Notes: generated by a model not told the origin, from the sequence alone. A stretch of 64,000 nucleotides of DNA from Chanos chanos (GCF_902362185.1 NC_044504.1:33092702-33156701); one strand, 5' to 3'; positions 25,751-39,720 are shown, numbered from the stretch's first letter. Translations and numbers: made by a program.

Positions 25751-27032
25751 ATCGGCCACAGACAACAAATGCTCTCAACTTGAGAGGAGGAACATACAGT
25801 GTTTACAGATTTTCCATTTAATCTTTATATTTATATATTGGCTAAGTTCCTGCTCTGTGTCTTTAAGCCTATGGTTAGTGTTTACTAAGGTGCTCCTGAG
25901 GTGCATCTTAATGCATTCCCACAGATATTTAAGTAACAGGATTAAAGTAACAGGATTAAGTAACATGACCTGTTATAAACATGATAACATGATTTGTTAA
26001 AATGCCTTTGACCTTGGCTGCCCTCCGTAGATAGCTGCTATCTGTGCTCATGAGTGGTCTCCATGAATGAAGCCATGTTATGTGATTATCAGCTAATGTT
26101 ACACTGGGACTATTTTGAACTACTTATAATGTATTTTCATATTTGCCGTGTCCATGCAGTCCTTCCACTTTCACAGTATAAATGTTAGCAGTTAAGTGGC
26201 TACTTCTCTCATAAAGGAAAGCTATGTGAAACTCAAAAGCAATACAAGAAAACAGTCAATACCATTTTAGACTACAATATGATGTTTTTTCTGTTATTAA
26301 AGATCAAAATCATTTAAAGGGTATTTTAAAGGGAGAGACAAAATGGGCAAGGCTGTGGAAAAGGTTTGGGGGAAATACTGTGGTAAACAAAGGAGGATGG
26401 TCAGCACATAAAAAGATACACATTGGATCTCCTCCAGAATCTCGGAACATATATTTTCACCCCTTATTTTGTAGATTGTACTTACCACAAAAGATGAGCA
26501 TAGGCAAATACAATTTCCTATGCATTTGTTTCTAAGAACATGTTCTGCTTTTCAGCTGTGCCCGTGGTTACCGAGCTTCCTGTCTCACGATCTGAAATGT
26601 TTTAAAATATGCATTTGGCCCACCATTTATATCAGCTAATTAGGAGTGTTCTCCACTGAACAAAACAAAAGTTAACACACAAGCACATAAATGTGCCCAT
26701 CCACAACGAATGACTGATTCTCACATTTACTGCTCAAATTTCAATATAGCAATACTGTGAAATATCAGAATTTGGAAGAAAACTTTTGCATTCACATATC
26801 ATTACCCTATAATGTGTGCTAGCAGAATTATGTGGTATGGGACAAGAATTTTGTATTATCCCCTTCAGTAAATCTCAACTTCCTTTCAAGAGAGAAAAAA
26901 TCTATTTTCTTCATTTTAATATGCAATTTACCTAATCACCTAAAGACAAAAACACAGATAAGAGCACTGTAATAAAGTTGTATTTATTAAATGTTGCTAT
27001 ACCAATTATAAAACATTCCACAATTAGCAGTA

Positions 27033-27615
27033 GAGGTGCTCCCCGACTTACGATGGGCTTATGTCCCAACAAACCTATCGTAAGTCAAAAATATTAGAAG
27101 TTGAAACTACATTTAATACAGTACATCTAACCTACCGGACATCATAGCTTAGCCAACCCTACCTTACACATGCTAAGAAACACTGGCAACACTGTACACT
27201 GTAGAGTGTCGGTTGTTTATCCTCGTGATCGCATGGCTGACTGGTGTTGAAGTTACTACTTGATGAACAAACGTGGATGGCATTATTCCATGCTCAAGAT
27301 GTTATTATTAGTGCAACTCATCAACCAGCTAGACAGCTTGACAGATCGTAACCAACTGCCCATATCCTGCGTAACACTATATGACACCCCTAATCACTGC
27401 GCATGTAGACATACACATAAAATCGTCAATAGACAACTGGGAGCTGTGGCTCGCTCCCATTGCCCAGCATCACAAGAGACTATCGTTCCGCATATCGCTG
27501 GCCTGGGAAAAGATCAAAATTCAAGTTCAAAGTATGGTTTCTACTGAATGCTTATTTGCACCATTGTAAATTCGAAAAATCGTAAGCTGAACCATCGTAA
27601 GTCGGGGACCACCTG
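27033..27615. mobile_element. Tc1/mariner-like MITE (about 583 bp) with about 24-bp terminal inverted repeats (TIRs) and TA TSD
   Basis: Left TIR GAGGTGCTCCCCGACTTACGATGG. Right TIR is its reverse complement, CCATCGTAAGTCGGGGACCACCTG. Flanking TA at 27031-27032 and 27616-27617. No transposase ORF is present. Confidence 0.55.
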
Positions 27616-28300
27616 TAACTTCATTTTCTGATATAGGCAATTAGCAAGACCCTTTGTTATCAAAAAGGCCACACTTGTGCTTGCGTATGAACACCAGAGA
27701 TAATTCTGAGGTCAACCAGGGAGAGTTTGGTGAAGGAGTACCTAGTTCCAGACAGAACCTTTTGGGCCAGTTCCTTCTTCTCCTGTAAAGAGGAGATCTT
27801 GCCCTCCACTGTTCCCTTGCAGACAAATCTGCATGGAGAAACATTTTGACTCATTACAAAGCTTTTAAAAGTCCATACTTTGTTTTTTTGGTCCAAAAGT
27901 TGAAAGAAAAATCTCACATGGACCATGTCTCATGGCATGCATTTTGTGCAGTGAAGCGTGGGCTCCAAAAAGTGGTTTAATCACAAAATCACTACTACTG
28001 CATTAATCTCATATGTACTCAGCAATGTCATAATCTCACATATAAAGACAAGACACTGCCACATAAATGGCCCCTAAACACAGAAGCTAAAACTCTTTCT
28101 TTTGGAGTACTTGTGTCCATTATGTATTCAAATGCATGTCTGACTGTACGCAGCTCAGAATGGATTATCAGTTGGAAACTATCTTCACCTGTGTGTGCTC
28201 ACATCCCTGTACCAGCCCACCCTGTAAAGTCTGTCACAGGCTTGGTCTTCTAGGGCTGGATTTTTGCAAAACCAGGTTCAAGGTAGAATGAAATGTAATA

Positions 28301-28326
28301 TGTGTGTGTGTGTGTGTGTGTGTGTG
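28301..28326. repeat. (TG)13 microsatellite
   Basis: Read directly. Confidence 0.9.
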
Positions 28327-30458
28327 CCCTTAATGCCTACCTGCTATACAGTTCCAAAATCATAACCCACCATTTTGTCACAGTATTAATTGATTAAAAT
28401 GGTCACACCTATCTCAGATGTATTGTTTACAAGACACTTGTTTACTTAACCTGTTGTGGACATGTTGGAAAAACTGTGGAAGGAGAGATGTTGGTTTTAA
28501 CTGCACTGTCAAACTGCACTGTACTGTTTTGCAGTTTTGCTTTATGCCTTCAGAGGGCACTCTCAACAACCTTGGGAGAGTGGCCAATACTGCACTCTAA
28601 AAATGAAAGTGAAAGCTTCCATCCAATCTGATCCATGGATCCCTTTGTGAAAGTATTGCTGCAGGAATTTGTCAGATTTTTTTTCACTTCTCAAGTTTCA
28701 AACATTTGAGTGAATGGTCATACTTTTTCTAATTCTTTTATGAGACACTGAAGCTTCATAGATCATGTGTTATTTGCAGAGTATCTCACTGAGGTACTGT
28801 GTGTTCAGTCTATTCTATCCTCGCCATAATTACATGCAGAGCTAATTTCTTAACCACACAGAGGGCTGGGAATTGAGAACCAGTATTTAGACTTGTTGCT
28901 AGTTGATTAGACTTGTTACTAGTTGATTAGACTTGTTACTATCCCATCAGTTGCAATGTTTTCCCTTGGATTTCTTTCAGCAATGGTTCTGTTTTGCACC
29001 TGGCCATGAACCCACAATGCTGGACCCTCAGTGCTTTTTTGAAAATTATTATTATCATCAAAATACTAGCATTAAAAATAGTTTATAATCTTATAGTCTT
29101 CATTCATATTAAATTTAGTATATCAGCCTATTAAATTCTTTACTTAACAGAAATAGTAAATAGGCTAATACATACACATAAGTGATATTTAAAATCATTC
29201 TCAGTCAATGTGTCGAGGCTGACTATGCACATTGAGCGTTTTTCTATGTTTAGTTGAAAAGAAAACTACTTGACTGTACATTGATGTAGGCCTACACTGA
29301 TTAATGGTGCACTGCCCATTGTAAAAAGTATCAGCTTTTTTCATTGTTGTCCGAATGTGTTCACAGCACGACTTCTTCACTATTCTCAACGCCTGGGAGA
29401 AGATATGACACTTCAATAGACTAATGTGCTTCAGTTTGGCATATTGCATTATGCTACGTTACGTTAGCCAGTTAGCTATGGATTATGCTTACCATTTGCC
29501 TGAGTCTGCGGACTTTCCGTATCTTTCTCGGTCACATTTCAGATGCAATATGCTGTCTTCTTAATCTTAATGTGGTGGCCTCGTTTTGTATGTGATGGGC
29601 TGTGTTTATATAATGCATCACTGGAATCTTTTGTTTATCAGTCCATGGAATGTCGTATAGTGTCTCTATGGTTGTGAATTTTAATGTTGGTTACATGGCC
29701 CATAGTGTAAACGCAATAGGAACTCTAGCCCCGGTGCTTGAAGGCCAGGACAAAGTTCCTGGGCTTACGTTCCTGGACTTATGGCCCACAGTGTAAACGC
29801 AGCTATTGTGTGAAACAAAAACAAAGTCACTGTGACAATATGAGAAATAAAAAGGTCAGAACAACTTGTAGGGAAACAGAAAAGTGTTTGATCTCTCCAG
29901 CAGAATGTGGTAATTTGATTACTAAGCTACAAATGAATCTAATATCCCTCTCGGAGCAATAGTTATTAGTCCAAGGGCAATCCATGTTGTAGTACAAAGT
30001 GCTTTTACAACACAGCATAACATAACATAGTATCTGTATATCCAAATTTGTTAGTGTCCATCTCATTACTGGGCATGTATATGTGTCCACTGCTGCAGTT
30101 GGAGATGGTTTAGATGTTTCTTAATTACCTACATACTTTCTGACTCCTATAAGTTGATCACCCAGAACATTGAAGTGGAAGTGCTTACAATTATCTGTAG
30201 GGTTATGATGGTAATAATTGCACTCTTCAGAACCTGACCCTGATATCAAAGGCATTGATTCTGTGGTCATTGAGTCTTCAGTTGAGGGCACTGACCTTTT
30301 GGTGTGGTTGTGTCTGTGGTTGACCTTCTGCTAGAGTTTGTTGTTGAGGAGGCTGACTTTCTGGTGGATTCTGTTGTTGGTGAAGTTGATCCCAGAGGTG
30401 TTTTCTCTGTTTAATATGTCAAAGTTTTCATGTGAAGGAGCGGATAAGATATAATAAA

Positions 30459-30785
30459 TCATATGTCTTGTTCATCAGCAGGCTGATTTTGTGGATTAGC
30501 GTAATGATTTTGTGGATTAGTGGACTGGTTTCGTTGATCAGTGGGTTGTTCATGTTGATCAGTGGGAGGTGAGATTTGGGTTCTCAGTTTCCTCATATGG
30601 GGTACACAAATACTTTTGACCTGATCTTGGGCACATTGTTTTAATTTCTTGATCAGATAGGAATAGGGCTCTTTCTGTAGATTGTCCTCATATATTATCT
30701 CGTAATATGGTTTACACCTCAAGTACATGCAATAACCCATGATCCCTGCAATGGAAATTATTTCTAGGATGCACAAGCCAATGAC
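30459..30785 (-). CDS. Divergent CALHM-like exon 2 (paralog E). No convincing exon 1 found. Possibly partial or a pseudogene.
   Basis: ORF 30459..30797: ...KVIGLCILEIISIAGIMGYCMYLRCKPYYEIIYEDNLQKEPYSYLIKKLKQCAQDQVKSICVP...PTDQHEQPTDQRNQSTNPQNHYANPQNQPADEQDI. This is a TM4 plus KPYY..YED helix plus a QPTD-type tail. Acceptor tttttgaAG|GTCATTGG mirrors F/G. No FxCPC/FIDGDW exon was found in 30.8-31.5 kb. Confidence 0.35.
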   Translation of the reverse strand, partial: VIGLCILEIISIAGIMGYCMYLRCKPYYEIIYEDNLQKEPYSYLIKKLKQCAQDQVKSICVPHMRKLRTQISPPTDQHEQPTDQRNQSTNPQNHYANPQNQPADEQDI

Positions 30786-31619
30786 CTTCAAAAACATGAA
30801 TAAACATGGTTATGAATTCTGTAAAATCAATTGGTAAATGTATTTTTTACCTGTTATTCCTGTGATTTCACTGAGGGCAATAAGGTTCTTCTGAGAGTTC
30901 ATCCTTTCAATTAGTATACATTTTTAGCTCTAAAATGTCATACATACTATCCGTGCTATGCAATATTCAGCCATGCCTGTTTAACAGTGTAATGGAATCT
31001 GATGGTAAAAGAAAAACTATTGTATCATTTAGGACCAGGCCCATTGGTGAAATTCAAGCATTTCAAGTGTATTTATCACACATTTCAAATTGACCACTGG
31101 CCTAGTGAAGACACAAAACTTCTCTGGGCAAACTTGCTAAATAGCAGCAATAAAAGGTAAAAGCGAATCAAATATTGAAAGTGATATTTTAATATAAGTG
31201 TGTATTACATCAGTATAGCTCACTGTTGTAAGACCAAGTTTAGCACATTCTATCATAATTTGGGTCAGAAAACATGAAATCATATCAAATTTGATACTGC
31301 TGGTATTAGGTGTGAAAAAACATGCAGTCATCCTTTTGTTGTGCTTCATAGTAGTTTGGTCCTGGTCACTTCCCAACACAGGAAACCTGTCAAAGATGTA
31401 AGTATTGCACCACGATACATTCCTCTCATATATACTGTGAGAAATATAAGGTTCACTTCTGTCTTAACAAACTTAACATGCATAAATATCCAAACCATGA
31501 ACCGCTAAAGGACAAACTATGAAGCAGCCCCATACCTTTACCCATTGAGTGTTTGTTGTTTGTTTGTCCCAAGAGAAGAAAAGGATGGTGTTGGATTAAA
31601 ATTAGGAAAATATTGACAT

Positions 31620-32040
31620 CAGGGGTGGATTTAGGCATGGGCGCATGGGCAGCCACCCAGGGCGACATCTTGCAGGGAGCGGCATGGGGCGCCCACACAA
31701 AAAAATTTGAAATGGTGACATTTGCAAGATTGGTTTTCTAGTGCTCATTTGGACATCACATAAATGATATCATGTCACTGTGTGGGTCAATTAACCTCGT
31801 CGGGTTGGGCGCCCTGATTTTAGTTTGTGAGCTAGGTAGGCTCCCGCCCGGGAAGGTCTCCCACTCAGAAGTACCAAATGGGGAGAGGGGTGGGGTTCGG
31901 CTGACCTCAGGTGTCCCCACTGGAAGCCCAAGGTAGGGAGAGTGAGGGAATCTATTGAGTAGTGCAACTCTAACTTTGTACAGTACTAATGCAATTAGTA
32001 AAATCAGTCACACTACGAAATGCTACTGAATAAACCACAA
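31620..32040 (+). repeat. Dispersed repeat, copy 2 (see 6950-7340)
   Basis: Pairwise similarity to 6950-7340. Confidence 0.6.
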
Positions 32041-32299
32041 TTAATTTAGAATACTGTGAATATATAGTTTCACAGACATATTGTTGCATTTTTTATCTCG
32101 GAAGCGGGACTTTTGGCTCTCAGTATATTTATGTTAATCAACACTGTCCACGTTATGCTAAAAGACAGAGAGAGAAGTTAATCATAGCAGCAGTAACCAA
32201 GCTCGCTTCTACAGTCTTGTTGATTTGTGCAGGTAGATATATTTCTATGTTAGTGGGTCACCTGCCTTTCTTTAGCTGATCCATATAAACTCTGAACGA

Positions 32300-33100
32300 G
32301 AATAAGCAGATACACGTTCTTGCTCGTAAGCGAGGGAGCGCATAGTCAGCCCAATGCACATTATTTTAGGATTAATGTTTGACTCCCGGGTATGACGTCA
32401 CTCCGTACCACCAGCTAATCTTATGTCTATATTGCAAGGTACATAACATGACAATGTTTAAGAAGAAGAGATTACTTGATTGTAAAGCACAATTTCTTTG
32501 TAATTCAATGTAAAGTTACCCTAGACTCTGAAAATATGTTCCTGTCCCGCTGAAGGCTCCAGCTCTCCAGCTCTGTTGTTCTGCAGAGTTGTGCTTCCGA
32601 TAGACTTGTGCTACTTAGCAGTTCTGCGCATGCACGGACCCACAATCTTGGGCTCTGTTTCAACACCCATAAATCTGTGCAACCCTGCGGTCAAGCATGC
32701 GTTCAAGACTGGCTGATCGTGAGTAATATCTTAAAAAAACTTTTTTCATTGCGCCTCTTGACCTGTAAACGTAAATATTTTCATGTACACACTGGCTTTG
32801 CTGCAGAATGTAGAAATTAGGTGATTATTGCGTACAGCGTGTGTTATCTGTAAACAAATGTAGTTCATTATCAGTGTTGACTTCGTCAACAAAAACCGCC
32901 GAAAAATGGTCGGCAACAAACTTTATAGAGATCGCAGAGTATCAAAACATGCTCCCCATATCCTTGCAGGGAACATGGAGTGAGTAGTGGTGTCATATAA
33001 AGTGATTATGTACTGGGAGCATTATTTGATATGGGATATTGGTCTATTAAAATTGGTGGAAAGGCCGCTCCTCTGCGCATGCGTCACGCAGAACTTTCTA
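32300..33100. promoter_or_regulatory. CpG-enriched island with NRF1-like GCGCATGCG palindromes. Candidate promoter or first-exon region of an unannotated gene. Speculative.
   Basis: tctgcgcatgcacgg at about 32622 and ctctgcgcatgcgtcacgcag at about 33076. There is local CpG density in an otherwise CpG-poor window. Possible GT donors (gatcgtgagtaat at about 32715; atggagtgagtag at about 32975). Confidence 0.2.
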
Positions 33101-33112
33101 GTGAGACCCTAA

Positions 33113-33915
33113 CTGTACGTTCACACTGAGAGCGGCGAGAGCGTCAAGAGTCGCCCAAACCTCCCTGCCAACGACGCTGTTGAACACTGTGGACGCTCTG
33201 CCATTGATGAAATAGGCGGGTACAAGTTCCTTCGGAAAGCTTGGTTATGCAAATGTTTTTAAAGGGGCTATAAAGCAAACAAACAGGTCGAGCGGTATCT
33301 TTGTGCGGACTGACCACCAGTAGGCTATAAGTTAACCTTATGAGATATTTTAAATGTGAAGGTGCGAAATCGACCGATGACAGAAATAAATAAACAATGC
33401 TAATTACATATTTCGTAACAAAATTAACTAATGAAAAACACTACTTAAAAGCTTTTTGTTGTTGTGTGTCTTTTGTGTTAATGATAGGCTAGGTCAAATT
33501 CCAGCATGGAGTTTATAGGACACGTTTACTAGCCTTGGTCTTTAATTAACACTAACGTTTGTGCATAACCTACATTACAGTACAACATGGGGAAACCCAC
33601 CACCGATATAATCAGTTTCTCCTCCATTTTGCTTAGGACCAAAAGTTTTGTGGGAACAATAGTTTATACTGTTGTGTTCTCTACAATTCTCTAGAGCGGA
33701 GCACTTCCAAGTTTCTATTGGTTGCCGCCCAACCGCGTCATATCTCATTACCATAAAGTTAACCGAACTTCAACTGTATTTTGACGCCCAAACCACCCTC
33801 GCCGCGACGCCCTTTGCCGCGACGCTCTTCGCCGCTTAAAGACGCTGGCTCTCATTGAAAATGAATGACTTCCGGTCACTTTGACGCTCTCGCCGCGCTC
33901 AGTGTGAACGTACAG
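33113..33915. mobile_element. PIF/Harbinger-like MITE (about 803 bp) with about 35-bp TIRs and 3-bp TSD TAA
   Basis: Left TIR CTGTACGTTCACACTGAGAGCGGCGAGAGCGTCAA. Right end TTGACGCTCTCGCCGCGCTCAGTGTGAACGTACAG. TAA at 33110-33112 and 33916-33918. The interior is GC/CpG-rich and non-coding. Confidence 0.55.
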
Positions 33916-36900
33916 TAAGAATACCAAAGCGAAGTACTCAGAGAAGCCCTGTGTGTTAAAGTGTGCGTGATTGCTGTAAAAGTGAGTTCTACCCTGTTCA
34001 GTAATATATTCATTGTTAGTTTAGCCTTTTCCCTATATATATTCTAGCATTGTTATAGTTCGTGGGGTTTCTCGGAACGCAGAATGCAGCTTGTTTACCT
34101 CGCATTAGTCTGCGCCATTGTAAATAGAGTTCACTGCTTGTTTACGGATTAAGTAATTGATGCCGTCACGTTTATATCGTTACATTTTCAGTTAATTCCT
34201 TATTCGTTGCACAAATGTACACTTGTATATACTTGTCATGCCACAGTTACCGCCTTTATTTTGTGTATAAAGTGTTCGCTCGTTGTCGCAAAGTGAAACT
34301 AGCCTGGTAGCCATGTTTGTTTTATCTCATAGAGCTTCACGTCCGCCTTGTGGTTAATTCAGAAAGCGCCGCTAGATGGCACTGTTGGACCGTATACATT
34401 ACTTAATGTTCTGTAACAGCACTGCATGTTCCCTGCTCTAATGATGTTTATGTGACTACTATTAATGTAAATAATGTAAATTACTGTTTGTTATCACCTG
34501 TCTCTGTCACACTGATGTAAATGTGGTCTTGCTGTTTATTGTTACAGACCACACTAACACATACCTTTGTATCCTGCTGTCTTTGGACAAAAGGGGAGTA
34601 AAGTTATAGTTGCATTAGACGGACTACTGTGTGTCCTGACCGACACCCCAGGGAGACACCTACTTCCCTCATACAAAACCTCACAGTCCATCCAGCCACA
34701 GCTATCCAAAAAAAATACTACCCCTAAAATCTTAAATAAAGATAATAGAATATCAAAATATGCTCCCCATACTCAAAGTACACTTACCTCTGTTTGTAAT
34801 AAAAAAAGAAAGATAAATAAAGATTTAATAGTACTGTGAGAGTCATACCTTTTGGGGATATACACAATTGGAAATGGAAACTGAAAAGGTAGCATTTAAC
34901 AATAGGGTAGCGTGAATCGATAGATTCTGCTATCGATTCTTGATATAGTAGCACTTTTCGACAAAGCAGCACAAGTCGACAGAACACCGGCGTCTGTGTT
35001 TTGACAGTTTTGATTGCATCAAAGCAGAAGTTGCAATGTAGCATATGCAATGATATCCTGGTAACATCCCTTCCCTTAGGCTTTCCGTTTCTGACTGAAA
35101 CTGCGGGAAAATGGTGCGTTTGCCTGCCAGAATTAATAAAATTTTCCCCAGGGGACCGTCTCCCCAGACCCCCTTACAGGTTTGGGTTTACACTGTGTTC
35201 TTGGCCCTCACTTTAAAGAAGGGTTCACCCAGGGCGCCATACAACCTTGAACTGCCACTGATTGGCATTACTGAGAAACTGAGAGGCCTTAGCAATCAGC
35301 AGTTGTGAAGGTAACTACACAATATCATACATTCATATTTAATATGAAACTATTGTTTTTATCATTTCTCACACCTCATGTCACGGCACTGTTTTACGTT
35401 TTTAACACACAGTTGTTTTCTTTTGTTGTGTTGTAAGAGTTCAGTACATTGTGTGAGTCTTGTAAAACTGATTGATGCTGCTTGAGGGGGAAAATCCTAA
35501 TAGAGAGCGTAGTTGATGGCTTAGCTGTTTCGTATGTAAAGGGAAAGTATTTTTTAGTAAACTCAAGACATCTCTCAAAAATTAGCATACATAGTGGGTC
35601 CATCTTCTGCATGTTACATGAGACAGTGTTTTGGTAATACTGCCTTGTTTTGAAATATGTTAAGAAGTATTTATTGAATATTGGATACGCATTGGTAAAA
35701 CATTAAATTGTATGCTGTGGTAGGGATGCAGCTTTACATATCTGGGTCTTCTTGTGGACACATTTATTTGTTTATTTAATATGTGCAAGTCTGAAGACTG
35801 TAGTCCCTACAGTCAATGTTACTGTCTGTGTCAATGTCTGTGTATATATTTGTTGCAGTCAGCTAATAAAACACAAAAAAGCAGGTCCCGAGTTCCCCCT
35901 GCACTTGTTCAACCTACCCCCTTTACACTTCCACCATCAAACCATCTTCTATAATGATCCAATTTTTCTTGAAGACCCTGGTGTTCTCTCTACTGAGCAT
36001 GAGAAATGTTGATACACAAACAAACACACTTGTGTGCACATCCCCATAAAAGTGACTCAAATTTTATGCCTGAATTTCAGTGCAGCAATGCTGTGAAATG
36101 TCAACTTTATTGGAAAAATAACTGCATCTACACATGTGGAAAAGTATTCATGGTTGTACTAAACTTTTTGGTATCCAGAGGGCTGAATGGTGGTCAGACA
36201 TGTCAGTATAATTTATGCAATCTGTGATCAGTGTCTGCTACTATAAGTATCTAGTGACCCTTTTTGTCTGCTTTGGTAAAAGCAATTTCCCCTAAATTTC
36301 AGTAATACTATAGCGACCCCTAGAGGAGCCCTGTGCCAACCAAATCATGGCTCCACTGAAAATTTTAGGTTCCTGGGGCAAGAGTGTTTTTTGAATAAAG
36401 ACAAGGTCTGCACTTGTTTCTATTAAAGAGAGAGAGAGCTTTTCTCTTCAATAGGATATTAAAACATCTGACATTGACAGACGTTTAGATAAAAATCTGT
36501 ATGAAAAAAATTAACTAGTCCAGGAAAATGACATTAAAATGAGCATTACCTCAACAATCTCTGCTTTTCCCCTTCAAAATCTATGTGGCATAAAGTAATA
36601 TAAATAATGATCTAGTAAGACTATAGGCTTAACCCTTATGCTTATTGTAAAAAGAAACGTATTGTGGGCAAGACTAACCAATCCTGTCCTTAAGGAATAA
36701 CTCCTTTGCCCTCAGCGAATGCTCTTGGACCAGTTAAATGTGCCTTTTTCCCTCTTCAAGAGGCTTCCTCCTCTGGCCTTGTGCTTGGTCGTTTCTTTGG
36801 TATTTACTACTCCATTTGTTCTGCTATATTGGGCGCAACCTCTTTGCAATTATTAATCACCTTGTGCTTTATATTCTAATTCTGTTGCTCAGTGAGATTG

Positions 36901-37822
36901 TGAAGACAAATACACCACATCCGTTTTTTACTACTCAGTATCGTCGTGTTGGTTTTCTACAAGTGCTACTATGCTTTCTTCTTTTGCACAGTTTCGTCAC
37001 AGCCTCTTTGTCAGGACATAGATTTCACGGTTAACAAACTCCAGAGAGGCTTTCAGATCCTTGTCTTCAGTTGTCTCCAAGTTTCTTTTTCATCATTTGT
37101 TTATGACTGTTAGCACTCTCATTTATTTTGTCCATAGTGGCACCAATTATGTTTTTCTGAAGCTCGAACAAAAAGGGCTTCATCATTTATATAATCACTT
37201 ACCATAAATGATTTAAGATTTCAGCACTGTAAATCTGTCAATGCATGGGGTGGCTGCATTTGAATGACTACCCTATTGTAGACAGTCTGGTGCATTCTAA
37301 AACTGAATGATGATATCTAATGCCACCTAGCACATGCTCACAAACATATTTGGTGTCCTACAGAAAGCCACATGCACCCTCTTTGAACAGGATTTGTTAT
37401 AGCTGCATATCTATAAGGCTGAAATCCAAGATAATACCATGTGTATTAAGTGTTTACTAGCAGCCCCCAAGGCACGAGACAGTTCTCTGTCAATGCCAAA
37501 CACCACACAGATCTGTTGAAAGGACAAGTGGTGGGCTGGTCAGAGGTGGAAGAAAAAAAAAAAATAATAATTCCTGGAAATGTTGGAAGCCTGTGAGTGT
37601 GTGTGTGTAATATTGTATGCACCAGTATTCCTGATTCATATGTTTTACACCTCTCTGTACTATCCAACACATTCTTTTCTGTGCTTTTGTCCTCCTATCT
37701 CTCCAACCTTACAGTTACGTTCTCTAAACTCTCTAAACCACAATGAAAAGTAAACTGTTTGTTCTATATACTCTCCTTTCATAAACATACAAAGCAACAA
37801 AACTCACATTTTAACTACATAG

Positions 37823-37823
<1 letters not shown>

Positions 37824-37865
<42 letters not shown>
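37824..37865. repeat. (CT)21 microsatellite followed by CTCA/CTCT variants
   Basis: Read directly. Confidence 0.9.
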
Positions 37866-37871
<6 letters not shown>

Positions 37872-38589
37872 ACTCTCTCTCACTCACTCACTTACTCATA
37901 CCATAATAAATCTTATAAAAATATAATAGATAATAATTATAGATATTCTAACCTACATATTCTATGTAATTATATATCTATATACTTAGAATACTCTACT
38001 TTATTCATAAAATAACAGATATGGATATAATTTGAGATATAATCATAATTAATTGATTTTGAAGCCAAGCATTATACGGTTGATTTGAGATTCAGCCTGA
38101 TAATTTGGTGTTCTGGATTACCCTAGAAGCCTGATACATTAATCAGTAAATAATATAATTATGCTATATACAGCTGTTGCAATTACACAGTCACACAAGC
38201 ACTTAGATTTTGCATGGGAAGAGGATGATAACAACCAAACATTAAGATTCTCTCGTGAGTCCATAATAAAACTCTGGAAAAGCACAAAATGGTAATATCC
38301 TACAAACTTGGTAGAGATGCAAATCTACATTTGTTGGTCTGACATGCTGCAACATGAATATTTTGTTATGTGTCTTGAGACACGCAATTTGTGACTTGCA
38401 TGAGTCAATCTTTTAGAAATGAAGATCTTCTGGTGACAAGCAACAACAAAGAGAGATGTACTTTCACAGCTTGACCCCACCTGTGTATGGTCTCATAACT
38501 TCAAGAAGTTTAAGAAATTACTTGTAACAGTTTCCCTCAAGGGCATCTGTTTGCAATACAAACTGTTTTTCAAGAGTCTGTATGAGCAC

Positions 38590-39050
38590 GATTGAGCATA
38601 GATTGGTCTATGACCATACAGATATGTTTTTGCGCTGCCTAAATGTCACCCTGTTCAACATTAAAACAAAAAACATTACCTGCTCATATCCTACATTCAC
38701 ATAACTCAGAACCTGAAATTATCTATTCAACGGGAAATGGATCACATCGCAATTTATTTATTAAACAACAGCAAGCATGCCAAACAGGATGTGAGCTGTA
38801 TAGATTTCAGTCAAACATGAGGGTCATGTTATCATTGGTGGCAAGTAGGAGATTTAGCTCTTCTCTTGTGCCTCTCTAGTGCAGTTATTCACAATACTTT
38901 TACACATCACTCACAGTGCCACTTACAGTTATATGATCTAGAATTCATATTCCACCTGGACACTGGTTGCTGACCATGAAAAGAGTTTTTCACCCACTTT
39001 GACACCATCTTTTGGTGTTAAAATCCTACCAAGTTGCTGTGACACAGACC
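38590..39050 (+). repeat. Dispersed repeat, copy 2 (see 6500-6950)
   Basis: Pairwise similarity to 6500-6950. Confidence 0.6.
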
Positions 39051-39394
39051 CAAATACACAGTTTTAAAGAAACATGAAAAAACATGATTGATTTATTTAT
39101 ATATATCATGCATTGCGCCGCTTGAATGGGATAATCTTTTTGAAATAAAATCAGAATCAGGGCTCTAAAGTGGTAAGAGTGTAAACAAATGCGGCTAAGG
39201 GAGGAAAATATTTCTTGGTTATCTGCTTGGTGGTATTCGATCTAACGTTTGATGTTTTGAAAGAAGATTAAGATTTTATAAGATTAAAATGTTACAAACA
39301 CAAACTACGGAAACTGTATTTACCTTAACTGACTTCTCTGGAACATCTGAATTTGGAAATCTGGAACATTTGGATTTAGAAATTGAAATACTAT

Positions 39395-39720
39395 GTGGGG
39401 CCTAGCTGAATACTTTGAATATTTTGTACCATCACCAGACATCTCCGGACTCTTAGAGAGGTGTATTAGTAAAACACGATCACAGGTATATATCTTGTTA
39501 AGTGAATGGAATGTGTTAGACATGCATTCGTTTTCTCTCACTTCTCTCACGCACCTGCCCCACAGTTTAGAAGTTCTCGTTATCCATGGGTGTCAAAGTC
39601 AAAGGCCCTTGGCTGCACGGGTATATCTGTGTGTGTGTGTGTGAGACCTTGTGGTCTAGTCTTCCACCATCAAAACTGTCTGGATGCCTCTGATGACCTC
39701 CTCTCTGCTTTTGCTGTATA
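39395..39720 (+). repeat. Candidate degenerate 5' LTR plus decayed PBS/leader of the ERV
   Basis: 39672-39720 (tgatgacctcctctctgcttttgctgtatac) matches the leader downstream of the 45104 PBS. The upstream 260 bp resembles the 44831-45103 LTR only weakly. Confidence 0.25.
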
